Below, one piece after another: positions 28,501 through 37,678 of a stretch of 49,473 bases of DNA. Each line of letters begins with the position of its first letter. Position 1 is the stretch's first letter. Source of the stretch: Candidatus Krumholzibacteriota bacterium (lineage in GTDB: Bacteria; Krumholzibacteriota; Krumholzibacteriia; Krumholzibacteriales; Krumholzibacteriaceae). Under the pieces are notes generated by a model. It had not been told where the DNA came from, did not search any database, and saw only the letters and a program-made list of their open reading frames with translations. Location of the stretch: NCBI GenBank assembly GCA_016931295.1, contig JAFGEZ010000021.1, positions 1 through 49,473 on the forward strand, read 5' to 3'. A program made the position numbers and the translations under genes.

Positions 28501-29478
28501 CTATTCCGCTTTCCGGCAGAGTCCCGTGACGAAATCGTGGCCGAGGGCGCCCGCGGCGATGAGCCGGTCCTCGAAATCGAAACAGACCCCGAGGAGCCGG
28601 CGCGTCTCGGCGTCGTCGCCGCGGAAGTTGTGGGCGATGTCCTTGAAGAGGAGCTGGAGGACCGTTCCCCCGTAGCCGCGCGTCTCGACCTCGGCGAACG
28701 CCTCGCGGAGCAGGGAAAGGATCCGGTCGGACTCGACCGCCTCGCTCCGGTCCCAGAGGATCATCGCGAGGCGCCCCGGCCGATGGACCCGCCGCTTCAC
28801 CCGCCCGCTCCGCCATTGCCGCCGGTAGCTCTCGGGAAGCGCGGCGAGCAGCGTGTCGACGGCGGCGATCTGCGAGTCGGTCCACGCGAAACGCGCCGGG
28901 CCGACATACTCATTGAAAACGAGCCATCCGCCCGGACGGATGGCCTGCTCGAGCCGCCGGACGGCGTGATCGAGGGGATGGAAGTGATGCAGCGACTGTT
29001 CGGCGATGACGAGGTCGTAGGTTTCTTCCCCGAGGGGATGCCGACAGACGTCGCCGATGAGATAGCGGACGGTCTCTTCCGCGCCGGTCCCGGCGAGCTT
29101 CTTCCGCGCGTGGGCGATGCGGGCGGCATTCCGGTCGATCGCGTCGATCCGGCCGAAGCGCCCCGTCGCGGCGAGCTCGAGCTCGCGGTAGCCCGTCCCG
29201 CACCCCACGGTCAGCGCCCGGATCCCGTCGAGGTGGGCGAGGCGCGTGTCGAGGAGGTGCGCGAGGTACTCGACGCCGGGGTCGCCGGTGACCATCCGGT
29301 TCCACCGGGCCATCACGGCCGGGATATCCCACCAGTTCCTCGTCTCGTAAGAGAGATGGTTCCAGCTCTTGATCGACCGGCCGCGGAGGAGGTTGGGCAG
29401 AAGATGCCCGAGCCGGCGCTGGCGGAGCTTGTCGATGAAGAGGGGGATGTCGTGGATGGAGAGGAGATCGCCGAACAT
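28501..29478 (-). CDS. Class I SAM-dependent methyltransferase.
   Basis: Motif I is LTVGCGTGYRELELA; a post-I acidic residue and motif PGGWLVFNEY follow. Start at MFGDLL, 29478; the upstream ORF extension is Arg-rich junk. Confidence 0.65.
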   Translation of the reverse strand: MFGDLLSIHDIPLFIDKLRQRRLGHLLPNLLRGRSIKSWNHLSYETRNWWDIPAVMARWNRMVTGDPGVEYLAHLLDTRLAHLDGIRALTVGCGTGYRELELAATGRFGRIDAIDRNAARIAHARKKLAGTGAEETVRYLIGDVCRHPLGEETYDLVIAEQSLHHFHPLDHAVRRLEQAIRPGGWLVFNEYVGPARFAWTDSQIAAVDTLLAALPESYRRQWRSGRVKRRVHRPGRLAMILWDRSEAVESDRILSLLREAFAEVETRGYGGTVLQLLFKDIAHNFRGDDAETRRLLGVCFDFEDRLIAAGALGHDFVTGLCRKAE

Positions 29479-29623
29479 CGCCTTCGCTCCGCGCCGGCGG
29501 ATGCCGCCGCGCCGGGGAGACGAACAGAGGGGCGCCGGCCCCGTTCCCCGTGTCCCCGAAGGCCGGGGGAACGAACAGGCGGCCGGCGCCCCGCAGAAAT
29601 CGATCAGTCGTCGGCGAGCGCCG

Positions 29624-30253
29624 TTACCACGCCCAGCCGAAATGGACCTGGATCGCCTGGTTCTTGAAATCCGCCTCGTCGTCGCTGTCGTCGAGAGAGG
29701 CGAGGCCCATGAGGTACCGGATGTCCATCGTGAGCATCCCGGAATCGCCCATGCCGTACTCCCAGCCGCCGCCGAGAACCACGCCGTAGTCGAGCGCCTT
29801 GTAGTCCTCGATGTCCTCGGAGTCGCCGCCGTCAACCTCTGCCTTGGCCGAGACGTTGAAGCCGAGATACGGACCGGCGAACAGGTTGGGGTGGAACTCG
29901 CCCTCCATCGGGATGAGGAACTTGGCGAGCACGGGGATCTGGACGTCCATGAACTTCCAGTCGATGTCGCCCATCACGTCGGGCAGCGCGACCAGAACGT
30001 CCTCGGACTTCATCGTCCGGTAGACAAGAAGCAGCTCGGGCTGAACGGCGAACATCTCGTGCAGCTCGTACCACATGAAGACGCCGCCACCGAAACCGAT
30101 GCCCCAGGCGAGCTCGTCACCGACGTCGTCGCCCCAGAACTTGTTGTACGATCCGCCGACCTTGACACCGTAGTGCATGCCCTCCGCGGCGAAGGCGGCG
30201 GTCGTGATGGCCAGCATCGCGAAAACGGTCGCGACGAATACGAATCTCTTCAT
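29624..30253 (-). CDS. Outer-membrane beta-barrel (OmpW/porin-like) protein.
   Basis: The signal peptide is MKRFVFVATVFAMLAITTAAFA. Alternating amphipathic strands end in an aromatic C-terminus ...VHFGWAW. The RBS is GGGAGG. Confidence 0.6.
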   Translation of the reverse strand: MKRFVFVATVFAMLAITTAAFAAEGMHYGVKVGGSYNKFWGDDVGDELAWGIGFGGGVFMWYELHEMFAVQPELLLVYRTMKSEDVLVALPDVMGDIDWKFMDVQIPVLAKFLIPMEGEFHPNLFAGPYLGFNVSAKAEVDGGDSEDIEDYKALDYGVVLGGGWEYGMGDSGMLTMDIRYLMGLASLDDSDDEADFKNQAIQVHFGWAW

Positions 30254-30547
30254 CTTGATCCTCCCTTGCATATTCCGTCCGTACGCGAGTCGAAGGTCAC
30301 GAATGGACACCACCGAGCAAACCGTTCTCACCTCCTTCGACAACCGCGGCGGTCCCGTCACCTTCAGAACCCTTACGTGCCATGCACGTTCGAGGTTGCG
30401 GTCACCGTCGGTCGGCCCACATCGCGTCCACGCGTTACCGATTGGCTATCGGTGCCATTATCTTCGCACAGCGTGAAACAAATCGTCCGGACTGGCAAGA
30501 GAAATTTTCGGCCGCCGCGCGGCCGGGCTGCGGCGCCCAAACGCGCG

Positions 30548-30574
30548 GCGGCCCGCCCGGAGAGGGCGGGCCGC
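30548..30574 (-). terminator. Perfect GC hairpin downstream of the T9SS-cargo gene; a possible terminator with no U-tract.
   Basis: CGGCCCGCCC-GGAGA-GGGCGGGCCG forms an 11-bp stem with a 5-nt loop, 36 nt after the stop codon of the gene ending at 30610. Confidence 0.3.
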
Positions 30575-30609
30575 AGGATGCGACGACCGTTTGGAAAACG
30601 GGCCCGGAC

Positions 30610-32898
30610 CTATTTCAGCTTGAGCATCTTGCGGTTGACGGCGACGCCCGTCGCCTCCATCCGCAGGAAGTAGACGCCGGAGGCGGCGTTGCGACCGGCG
30701 TCGTCGCGGCCGTCCCAGGTGAAGTCGTTGGTGCCGCGGTTCCCGCGGCCGTCGAAGAGGACGCGGACGCGCCGCCCCGCCGCGTCGTAGACGACGAGGG
30801 CGAGCCGCCCCGCCTCGGGAAGCTTCACGGTGATCTCCGTCGAGGAGACGAATGGATTCGGCGCGTGCGCGAGGGCGATCGCCGGTGGCGCCGGCTCCCA
30901 GCCGGTCACATCGAGCCCGAGCACGTCGATCAGCTCGACCGGGTCGGCGCGTCCGTAGAGATCGTCCCGGTCGGTCGAGAACCCCCCGCGGCGCAAGAAG
31001 TGCAGGTTGTAGTAGGAGAGGTTCGTCGAGCGCCCGGCGATCGGATCGACGATCTCCATGGCGCCCATGTTCACCGCCTCGCCGCACTGCAGGCACTGGT
31101 AGGCGCCGAATGTCGGATGGTGCACGACGTAACGGCGGTCGGCGAGCGGCCCGTCCGGGAGCGCGTCGACCGCATCGCAGATCAGCGCGGCCAGCTCGGG
31201 ACCGTCGGGCGTCCCGTCGTAGTCGCTGTCGGCGACGTCGGGATTGAGGCCGAGGGCCGTCTCCTCGCCGTCGAGGAGGAGATCGCCGTCGCGGTCGCCC
31301 GCGACCGCCACGCGGTGCGACGTCCCGTTTCCCTCGAGGGCGGCGCGGAGGACCGTCGGCGGCACGCGCCCGAACTCGTGCTCGGAGCCGGCGTAGACGT
31401 ACCGGCCGTGCGAGAGGTAGTGCAGGGCGATGAAGGGAAGCTCGACGGTGATCTCCTCGAGCGGGTTCACGATCTCGACGAATCCCATGTTCACCGACTC
31501 GCCGCAGCGCTCGCAGGTCTCGTGGCCACGGGCGAAGTGCTCGAGGATGTAGGGGCCGTTGTCGCGCGGCGCCCGCGGGAGCGCGGCGATCAGCTCGACG
31601 AGGTCGCCGGCCCACTGGGCGCCGTCCCCGACGCCGTCGTCGTCGCTGTCGTCGCGGAGCCGGTCGGTGCCGAGGACGGGTTCCTCGACGTCCTCGAGGC
31701 CGTCCTCGTCGGTGTCGAGGATGATCGCCTCGACCTCGTGCGCCGGATCGTCGGCGAAGAGGATGCGCCGGAGCGCCCTGACGTCGACGCGTCCCTCGTG
31801 CATGCTCCCCTCGTAGCCGATCGCCCCGTGCTCGAGGTAGTGCAGGGCGATCTTGTGGACGTCGCACTCGAGTTCGCGCCGGGGATCGACGATCCGCCAG
31901 AAGCCCATGCCGACCCACTCGCCGCAGACGGCGCACTGCTCGACGCCGTCCATCGCGTAGTCGACGAGATAGGGCCCGTCGGGGCGCGGCGTTGTCGGCA
32001 GCGCAGTGACGAGCGCATGGAGCCGGTGCGCCTCGTCGACACCGTCGGCGAACATGCTGCCGTCGCCGTCGTAGATGTCCGTGCCGCGGCCGAGAATCGT
32101 CTCCTCGTACCAGCTCAGCCCGTCGCCGTCGAGATCGTCGGGGGCGGGCAGGGCGGCGTGCGGATCGGGAAACGAGGCGAGGGCCGGGGCGACGATGGCG
32201 GCCGCGGCGATCCCCGCCGCCCAGGGAGCGGCGGCGCGCAGGCCGCGCCTCGAAACCGCCGGCGAGGCGGCCTGTCCGACGAGTTGCCCGGTCTCGCGGT
32301 GGATGCGCCGGTAGTCGTCGAGAAGCGATGCGGTCGAGGGGCACCCGGGGCAGGCCCAGTGGAAGAGGATCCGGCGATCGGCCTCGGGAAAGCCGTTTTC
32401 GACGTAGGGCCGGGCGACGAAGCGCTCGACGCAGCAGGAGGGATAGCCGAAAAACCAGCCCTCGAGCCGCGTAACACGCGGGGAATGCTCGATGCGGCGC
32501 CCCGCGAACCGGCGGAGATACGCGTCGATCCGCCCGCGCCGGGCGGCGAGGAGAACCCGCGGCAGTCGCCGCCCGAGGAGCGTGCGCCGCTCGATCGCGG
32601 CCGTTTCGAGGCCGAGTTCGTCGAGCGCGTCGAGTTGGGCCGGAGACAGCGCCGCCTCCCACCTGGAGAGGGGTTTCAGGCCGTACCTGGTGAGCAGCGC
32701 GAGATAGGCGAGTTCGAAGGGCAGTCGTTCGAGCGATCGATCGCCGGTCATCGTTGACCTCCCGTGGGGCCGGCCGCACGCCGGCCGCGCGTCCGCCGCG
32801 CCGGCCGCCTCGTGCCGGACGGGCGAGCGGCGCGGGGGTCGAATGAGGGGCTGGTCGGGGTCACATCGGTATTGTAGCAGGATTCTCCCGGCCGTCAA
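30610..32898 (-). CDS. Large secreted repeat protein with a type-IX-secretion C-terminal sorting domain. It has an N-terminal Cys-rich domain, three ~95-aa CxxC/His modules separated by Asp-rich Ca-binding-like linkers, and the CTD.
   Basis: The C-terminal ~85 aa read NPFVSSTEITVKLPEAGRLALVVYDAAGRRVRVLF...GVYFLRMEATGVAVNRKMLKLK (T9SS CTD). Three modules contain CxxCGE..NMG..ALHYLxHG. TSP3-like linkers include DTDEDGLEDV and DSDDDGVGD. Confidence 0.65.
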   Translation of the reverse strand: MTAGRILLQYRCDPDQPLIRPPRRSPVRHEAAGAADARPACGRPHGRSTMTGDRSLERLPFELAYLALLTRYGLKPLSRWEAALSPAQLDALDELGLETAAIERRTLLGRRLPRVLLAARRGRIDAYLRRFAGRRIEHSPRVTRLEGWFFGYPSCCVERFVARPYVENGFPEADRRILFHWACPGCPSTASLLDDYRRIHRETGQLVGQAASPAVSRRGLRAAAPWAAGIAAAAIVAPALASFPDPHAALPAPDDLDGDGLSWYEETILGRGTDIYDGDGSMFADGVDEAHRLHALVTALPTTPRPDGPYLVDYAMDGVEQCAVCGEWVGMGFWRIVDPRRELECDVHKIALHYLEHGAIGYEGSMHEGRVDVRALRRILFADDPAHEVEAIILDTDEDGLEDVEEPVLGTDRLRDDSDDDGVGDGAQWAGDLVELIAALPRAPRDNGPYILEHFARGHETCERCGESVNMGFVEIVNPLEEITVELPFIALHYLSHGRYVYAGSEHEFGRVPPTVLRAALEGNGTSHRVAVAGDRDGDLLLDGEETALGLNPDVADSDYDGTPDGPELAALICDAVDALPDGPLADRRYVVHHPTFGAYQCLQCGEAVNMGAMEIVDPIAGRSTNLSYYNLHFLRRGGFSTDRDDLYGRADPVELIDVLGLDVTGWEPAPPAIALAHAPNPFVSSTEITVKLPEAGRLALVVYDAAGRRVRVLFDGRGNRGTNDFTWDGRDDAGRNAASGVYFLRMEATGVAVNRKMLKLK
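30919..32025 (-). repeat. Three tandem protein-level repeat modules of about 415 nt inside the T9SS cargo gene.
   Basis: R1 is aa ~292-385, R2 ~432-527, R3 ~568-660. Each has PxxDGPY..., CxxCGExVNMG and ALHYLxHG. The modules are divergent at the DNA level. Confidence 0.5.
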
Positions 32899-32904
32899 CC
32901 CGAG

Positions 32905-35556
32905 TTACCTGCTCAGTTCGATGCGTCGCAGCGAGGCCGCGCGCGCCTGGCGGTCGGCGGCGGCGAGAACCATGAGGCGCTGGCGCGGATGCAGCCCGGG
33001 GTGCGCATCGAGCCAGGTTGCCGCCGCCTCGGCCGCTCCCGGGTAGTACCGCGTGCCGAGCGCCGCCCCGAGCCACGACCGCGGGAAGAAGATGTCCCCG
33101 GTGCGGCGCACCTCCTCGAGAAGGGCGAGGGCCGTGTCGACCTCCGCCGGCGCGCCCGGTCCGAGGGGATGGTGCAGGAGACCGAGCCCCTCGATGACCC
33201 ACGGCTCGCGGCGGCGTCCCTCGGCGGTGCGGATCGCGGCGGCGAAAAGGGCGCGGTCCGCCGCCTCGGGCGATGCGGCCTGCCGGACGAACCGGAAACG
33301 CCGGCGGAGCTCGTCGTTCTCGATCGCGGCCTCGCGCCGGTCGAGGATGCCGCGCCACCCCTCGACGCCCCGGACGGCGAGCTCGAGGGCCGTCGCCGCC
33401 AACTCGCGCTCCGAGAGCACGAACCCCCCTATCGGCTCTTCCCCCGCCTCGACACGCCAAAGGAGATCGACCCCCCCGGCGGTCGTCGCGACCGCGCGGA
33501 GGGCGCGGAAGAGGGCCAGCTTCACCGCAGGCGGCGCCTCGTCGTCGAGACGTGCCATGATCGTTCCGTCGAGAAGGATGGCGAGCCGTGTCCGGTCGTC
33601 GATCGACAGGAAGAGCCGGCTCGTCTCGGCGGCGGCGTCGAGCGCGGCCTGGAGGACGATCTCATCGCGCTCCTCCCCGATTTGCGCCGCGCAATAGCCG
33701 AGGAATTCCCCCGGGGCCGGATTCCCGCCCTCGAGCATCCCCTCGCGCAGATGGACGAGCAGGGCGAGCCGGTGGAGGGGCGCCTCGGGCACGGCGCCGC
33801 CGAGCGCGGCGGCGATGCTTCCTTCGTCCATCGGAAAGAAGCCGAGCCCCTCGAGGTTCGCGTCGGGCAGCACGAGCTCCGTCGCCTCGATGAGCCGCGT
33901 CTCCGCCCGCCCCCCCGCGCGCAGGCGATTCGTGAATTCCAGGCCGAAGGCCCGGTCGGTCGGGAACCACGGGATGGTGCGGACCTCGAAGGCCTGCGGC
34001 CAATCGATCCCCCGCCCCCGCGGATCGAGGGAGACGGCCTCGATGGCGGTGAAGCCGCCCCCCTCCCGTCCGGCGAGACGCACCTCGACGACGGGACGCC
34101 CGGGCTCCTCCACCCACGCCCGGCTCCAGGCGGCGAGATCGGCCCCGGCGAGGGAATCGAGGACGGCGACGAGATCGGGCCACGAGGCCGTGCCCCAACT
34201 GAACCGGCGGAGATAGCGGCGAAGCCCCTCGCGCAGGACCTCCTCCCCGACGAGTTCCTCGAGCTGGCGCAGCATCACCGGGGGCTTGTGGTAGATGACG
34301 TCCCCGTAGATCTCCCCCGCCCGCGCCATGTTCTCGAGGGGCTGGCGGATCGGGTTGGTCCCCGCCGTGCGCTCGATGTCGTCGAGGGCGCGGCGGTGCG
34401 CCGCCGCGAAGAGGAGCTGGTGATCGACGTCCGGAAACGCCGGCGCGACGATCCGGTCGGCCATGAACTGCGCGAAGGCCTCCTTGAGCCAGACGTCGTC
34501 GAACCACGGCATCGTCACGAGGTCGCCGAACCACTGGTGCGCCGTCTCGTGGGCGACGAGGGAGGCGCGCCCGAGCTCCTCTCGCGCCGTGGCCCCCTCG
34601 TCGAGGAGGATCCGCGAGGCCCGGTAGAGGATCGCCCCGGGGTGCTCCATCCCGCTGTAGGGGAAGACGGGCAGGAGGACGAGATCGAGCTTGTCGAAGG
34701 GATAGGCGATTTCCGTGTACTCCTCGACGCCAACGAGGGCCGCCGCGGTCAGGTCGAGGAGGGCGGGCAGGTTGCGGGCGATCCGCGCCGAGTCGGGCTC
34801 GAGGTGGAAGACCCCGATCTGCCGGCCGCCGCGCTCCCCCGCCTCGCGCCGGAACATCCCCGCGGCGAAGGAGAAGAGGTAGGTCGAGATGGGCGGCGTC
34901 TCCCCGAAGCGCACGAGACGCTTATCGCCCGCCGCGTCGTTTGAGCCGGCCGGCGCGTTGGCGACGGCCGTCCAGCCGGCAGGGATCTCGAGCGAGAGCG
35001 TGAACCGGCCCTTGAGATCGGGCTGGTCGAGGCAGGGCAGGGCGAAGCGCGCCCGGTCGGGAACGAAGAGGGTGTAGAGGTGGTCGCGCTCGCGGTGGAG
35101 CGGCCGTTCGTCCGGGGTGAACGAGATCTCGACGCGATGCTCCCCGTCGCCCGGCGGCAGCGGCACGAGGATGTGCTCGCGGAGATGGAGAACGGGAACG
35201 GAGTCGCCGTCGACGGAGACGGCATGGACGGCCGGGCCGGCGAAATCGAGGACGAGGGTGTCGAGTCCCTGCGCGCGGAAGCGGATCCCGACCCGCCCGG
35301 CGATCTCCCCCTCGGCCGGTATCCGGTAGAAGACGGCGTAGCGGAGACCGGAGACCGCCGCGCTCCTGGCGGCCGCGAGTTCGGCCGACACGCCCGACTC
35401 GATCCGCGCGGCCGCGGCGCAGGCCGCCGGCACGTGCACGCCGCCGGCATACGCCGCCAGAAGAAGAATGATGCAGGCGATGCCCGCCCGCGATCCCGGC
35501 CCGGCCCCTCCGCTGCATCGATTTTCACGGGATGGAGAAATCCAGGTTGCCGACAT
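32905..35556 (-). CDS. M1 family aminopeptidase (aminopeptidase N-like) with a signal peptide.
   Basis: HEXXH-18-E is present: VAHETAHQWFGDLVTMPWFDDVWLKEAFAQF. The exopeptidase motif GMEHPG (GxMEN variant) is present. The N-terminal hydrophobic segment is IACIILLLAAYAGG. Confidence 0.8.
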   Translation of the reverse strand: MSATWISPSRENRCSGGAGPGSRAGIACIILLLAAYAGGVHVPAACAAAARIESGVSAELAAARSAAVSGLRYAVFYRIPAEGEIAGRVGIRFRAQGLDTLVLDFAGPAVHAVSVDGDSVPVLHLREHILVPLPPGDGEHRVEISFTPDERPLHRERDHLYTLFVPDRARFALPCLDQPDLKGRFTLSLEIPAGWTAVANAPAGSNDAAGDKRLVRFGETPPISTYLFSFAAGMFRREAGERGGRQIGVFHLEPDSARIARNLPALLDLTAAALVGVEEYTEIAYPFDKLDLVLLPVFPYSGMEHPGAILYRASRILLDEGATAREELGRASLVAHETAHQWFGDLVTMPWFDDVWLKEAFAQFMADRIVAPAFPDVDHQLLFAAAHRRALDDIERTAGTNPIRQPLENMARAGEIYGDVIYHKPPVMLRQLEELVGEEVLREGLRRYLRRFSWGTASWPDLVAVLDSLAGADLAAWSRAWVEEPGRPVVEVRLAGREGGGFTAIEAVSLDPRGRGIDWPQAFEVRTIPWFPTDRAFGLEFTNRLRAGGRAETRLIEATELVLPDANLEGLGFFPMDEGSIAAALGGAVPEAPLHRLALLVHLREGMLEGGNPAPGEFLGYCAAQIGEERDEIVLQAALDAAAETSRLFLSIDDRTRLAILLDGTIMARLDDEAPPAVKLALFRALRAVATTAGGVDLLWRVEAGEEPIGGFVLSERELAATALELAVRGVEGWRGILDRREAAIENDELRRRFRFVRQAASPEAADRALFAAAIRTAEGRRREPWVIEGLGLLHHPLGPGAPAEVDTALALLEEVRRTGDIFFPRSWLGAALGTRYYPGAAEAAATWLDAHPGLHPRQRLMVLAAADRQARAASLRRIELSR

Positions 35557-35917
35557 CCGTGTTCCTCACGGTGAACGCCTTCGCCCTCGTATCGTCGTCC
35601 GCGGAGTGATAGAAACCGAACGGTTCGCCCTGGTCATACCCGCCGTCGCCATCCACATCGACATACGCGTACAGTGAATCGACGTAGAAGAAGTCGCGCA
35701 CGCTGATCGCCCATCTTCCATCCTCATCCGCGATATCCCTGATGTTGTAGTCGATCTCGACGATCACGGTCCCGGACATGCCCGAATTGTCGGTCACCGT
35801 CCCCGACAGCACGTTGCCGGGCTCCAGGATGTCGTTCTCATCCCCGCATGCCGAAAGGATCATCGTCGAGACGATCAGCAGGAAAAGCGGGAGAACAAAC
35901 CCGTATCTCATACCCAT
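35525..35917 (-). CDS. Small hypothetical lipoprotein.
   Basis: MGMRYGFVLPLFLLIVSTMILSAC has a lipobox. The product is 130 aa and acidic (DVDGDGGYD). Its 3' end overlaps the M1 gene start by 32 nt. Confidence 0.5.
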   Translation of the reverse strand: MGMRYGFVLPLFLLIVSTMILSACGDENDILEPGNVLSGTVTDNSGMSGTVIVEIDYNIRDIADEDGRWAISVRDFFYVDSLYAYVDVDGDGGYDQGEPFGFYHSADDDTRAKAFTVRNTDVGNLDFSIP

Positions 35918-35922
35918 CCCCG

Positions 35923-36603
35923 TCAGGCGACCGACTCCACCGTCGTCTGGACCAGCGCCGAGTCGCCGAAATCCACGGTGATGCCGCGCGCGCCGAACGC
36001 CTTTCCCAGCGCCTCGAGCGTCTTCCTCGCGGATCCCTGCACCTCGGAGCGCATCTTCTCGACGAAATCCTTCGCCATGAGTCCCGCCTGCTGCTTGGCC
36101 TCCTCCTTGAGACGGTTCTTGTCGGACTCGTTGAAGCCCGGCCCGAACGCCCGGTTCAGCAGGTCGGGAATCAGCCACGGCAGCAGCTTCGAGCTCTGCT
36201 CGTCGTAGAAGTACACGTCCCGTATGTGCGTCCGGTAGAAGCAGTCCGGCATCTTCAGGCGGAAGGAGCCGAGTCCCTCGTCCCCGATGACGAATTCGGG
36301 GCTCCGCAGGTCGTACCTGAAATCGATCTCGAACTCGAAGATCATCGCCATCTTCTTGTTGCTGAGGAGCCACGTGAGGTACCGCTTGCCGAATTCGCCG
36401 AACCAGTGGTCCGCCGCCGTGACGATCTCCTTGGTGATCATCTTGAACACCACGAGCTCGCCGACGCTGCGGATCTCCTCGATCGAGGCATGTATGTGCA
36501 CGTCCCGCTCGCGCGATTTCTTCCCGCCACGCCGTCTCCATGCGATCGCCAGCACGAGGGCGACGACGAACCCGACGAGTCCGCCGATCAGGAACACTTC
36601 CAT
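35923..36603 (-). CDS. Membrane-anchored protein, possibly DUF4230 family.
   Basis: The N-terminal TM is MEVFLIGGLVGFVVALVLAIAW, followed by a ~200-aa soluble domain. The length and pattern resemble DUF4230; this is from memory only. The gene ends 5 nt before the lipoprotein start. Confidence 0.4.
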   Translation of the reverse strand: MEVFLIGGLVGFVVALVLAIAWRRRGGKKSRERDVHIHASIEEIRSVGELVVFKMITKEIVTAADHWFGEFGKRYLTWLLSNKKMAMIFEFEIDFRYDLRSPEFVIGDEGLGSFRLKMPDCFYRTHIRDVYFYDEQSSKLLPWLIPDLLNRAFGPGFNESDKNRLKEEAKQQAGLMAKDFVEKMRSEVQGSARKTLEALGKAFGARGITVDFGDSALVQTTVESVA

Positions 36604-36810
36604 GTCACATCTCCAATGTCAGTGGTTCGAGCCATCCCCTCCGGAAATACTATAGGAACCACGGGGTCCTGTCAATTCCGCCCGTTTCGCGCGCGATGCG
36701 CCGGGCATCCGCGCGCGCGGCGACGTGATGCGTGGTTCCCGGGCGGGATCGCCCGCGGGAAGAAGCGCGGAGCCGTTTCCACGACGGGCGGGGAGACGCG
36801 CGAACCCGCC

Positions 36811-37467
36811 CTACCGGCAGAGCGACTTGATCGCGCCCCAGGTCGATCCCTCGACGGCCAGCGGCTCCGTGTAGTCGACGGTGAGCATCGGGTGCGGGTG
36901 GGTCAGGTTGTCCGAGGAAGCCATCATGAAGCTGGTGTAGCCGGTGTCGGCGGTGATGAGCAGCCCGTTGTTGAACTCGTCGACCCATTGCTGGACGATC
37001 CCGGTGATGTCGAAGGAGAGGGCGCAGCCCCAGTAGCAGGGCCCGTCCGGCGCGCCGCGGGATATCGGGTACGAGAGCGTCGGTGTCCAGTTGCCCGGAC
37101 GGTTGTTCCAGGTGATCGTCATCTCGTCCCAGGGGGAGACCACCGGCGAGAACTGGATCGTTCCGTCGAGATATGCGGCCCACAGGGTGACGGTCGCGGC
37201 ATTGACCGTCGCGCCGGCCGGTATCGCCGAGATGTCGAACTCGACGTACGCGGCGCAATGCGCGACGATCCCCATGATCTGGAAATATTCGTTGTCCCCG
37301 AAATTGGTCGCATCCCACCCGGAGAAGGCGTTGGTGACGTACGAATCCTTGCCATCCGACCCCGGCTGGCGGACGATCTCGATCGCGTCGCCGTCGCCCG
37401 CGACGGCCAGCATGGATACGACGAGCAGGATCAGGCACGTGAGCGGAGTCGTCGGCATTCGCATCAT
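36811..37467 (-). CDS. Secreted DNRLRE-domain protein.
   Basis: The signal peptide is MMRMPTTPLTCLILLVVSMLAVA. The C-terminal motif SSDNLTHPHPMLTVDY resembles the DNRLRE signature. The RBS is GAGAGGT. Confidence 0.5.
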   Translation of the reverse strand: MMRMPTTPLTCLILLVVSMLAVAGDGDAIEIVRQPGSDGKDSYVTNAFSGWDATNFGDNEYFQIMGIVAHCAAYVEFDISAIPAGATVNAATVTLWAAYLDGTIQFSPVVSPWDEMTITWNNRPGNWTPTLSYPISRGAPDGPCYWGCALSFDITGIVQQWVDEFNNGLLITADTGYTSFMMASSDNLTHPHPMLTVDYTEPLAVEGSTWGAIKSLCR

Positions 37468-37678
37468 ATCGGCATACCTCTCGTGATCGATGGGGAATTC
37501 CGTTCTCGCGGCGCCGGAACGCCGGCCCGCCGGACGATCAATCCATAGCATAAAATCAGCCAATATCGCCGGGAACGGCCGCGATGCCCCGTGCGTCGCG
37601 CGGATGGCGGCGGGAACGACGAGGGTTGCCACGATCGCCCGCATCGGCTATCCTCCGTATATAGCGGATGGAAAATAC

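Noticed and set aside
30382-32779. 791-aa plus-strand and 773-aa minus-strand ORFs across the T9SS cargo gene.
   Set aside because: They are Arg/Gly-rich and low-complexity. The 30610-32898 minus frame carries the T9SS CTD and the repeat modules.
32256-32898. The N-terminal ~210 codons of the T9SS cargo ORF as a separate upstream gene.
   Set aside because: There is no stop codon and no in-frame ATG, GTG or TTG before the signal-peptide-like segment; V215 is GTT. It cannot be split without invoking a sequencing error, so it is reported as a finding instead.
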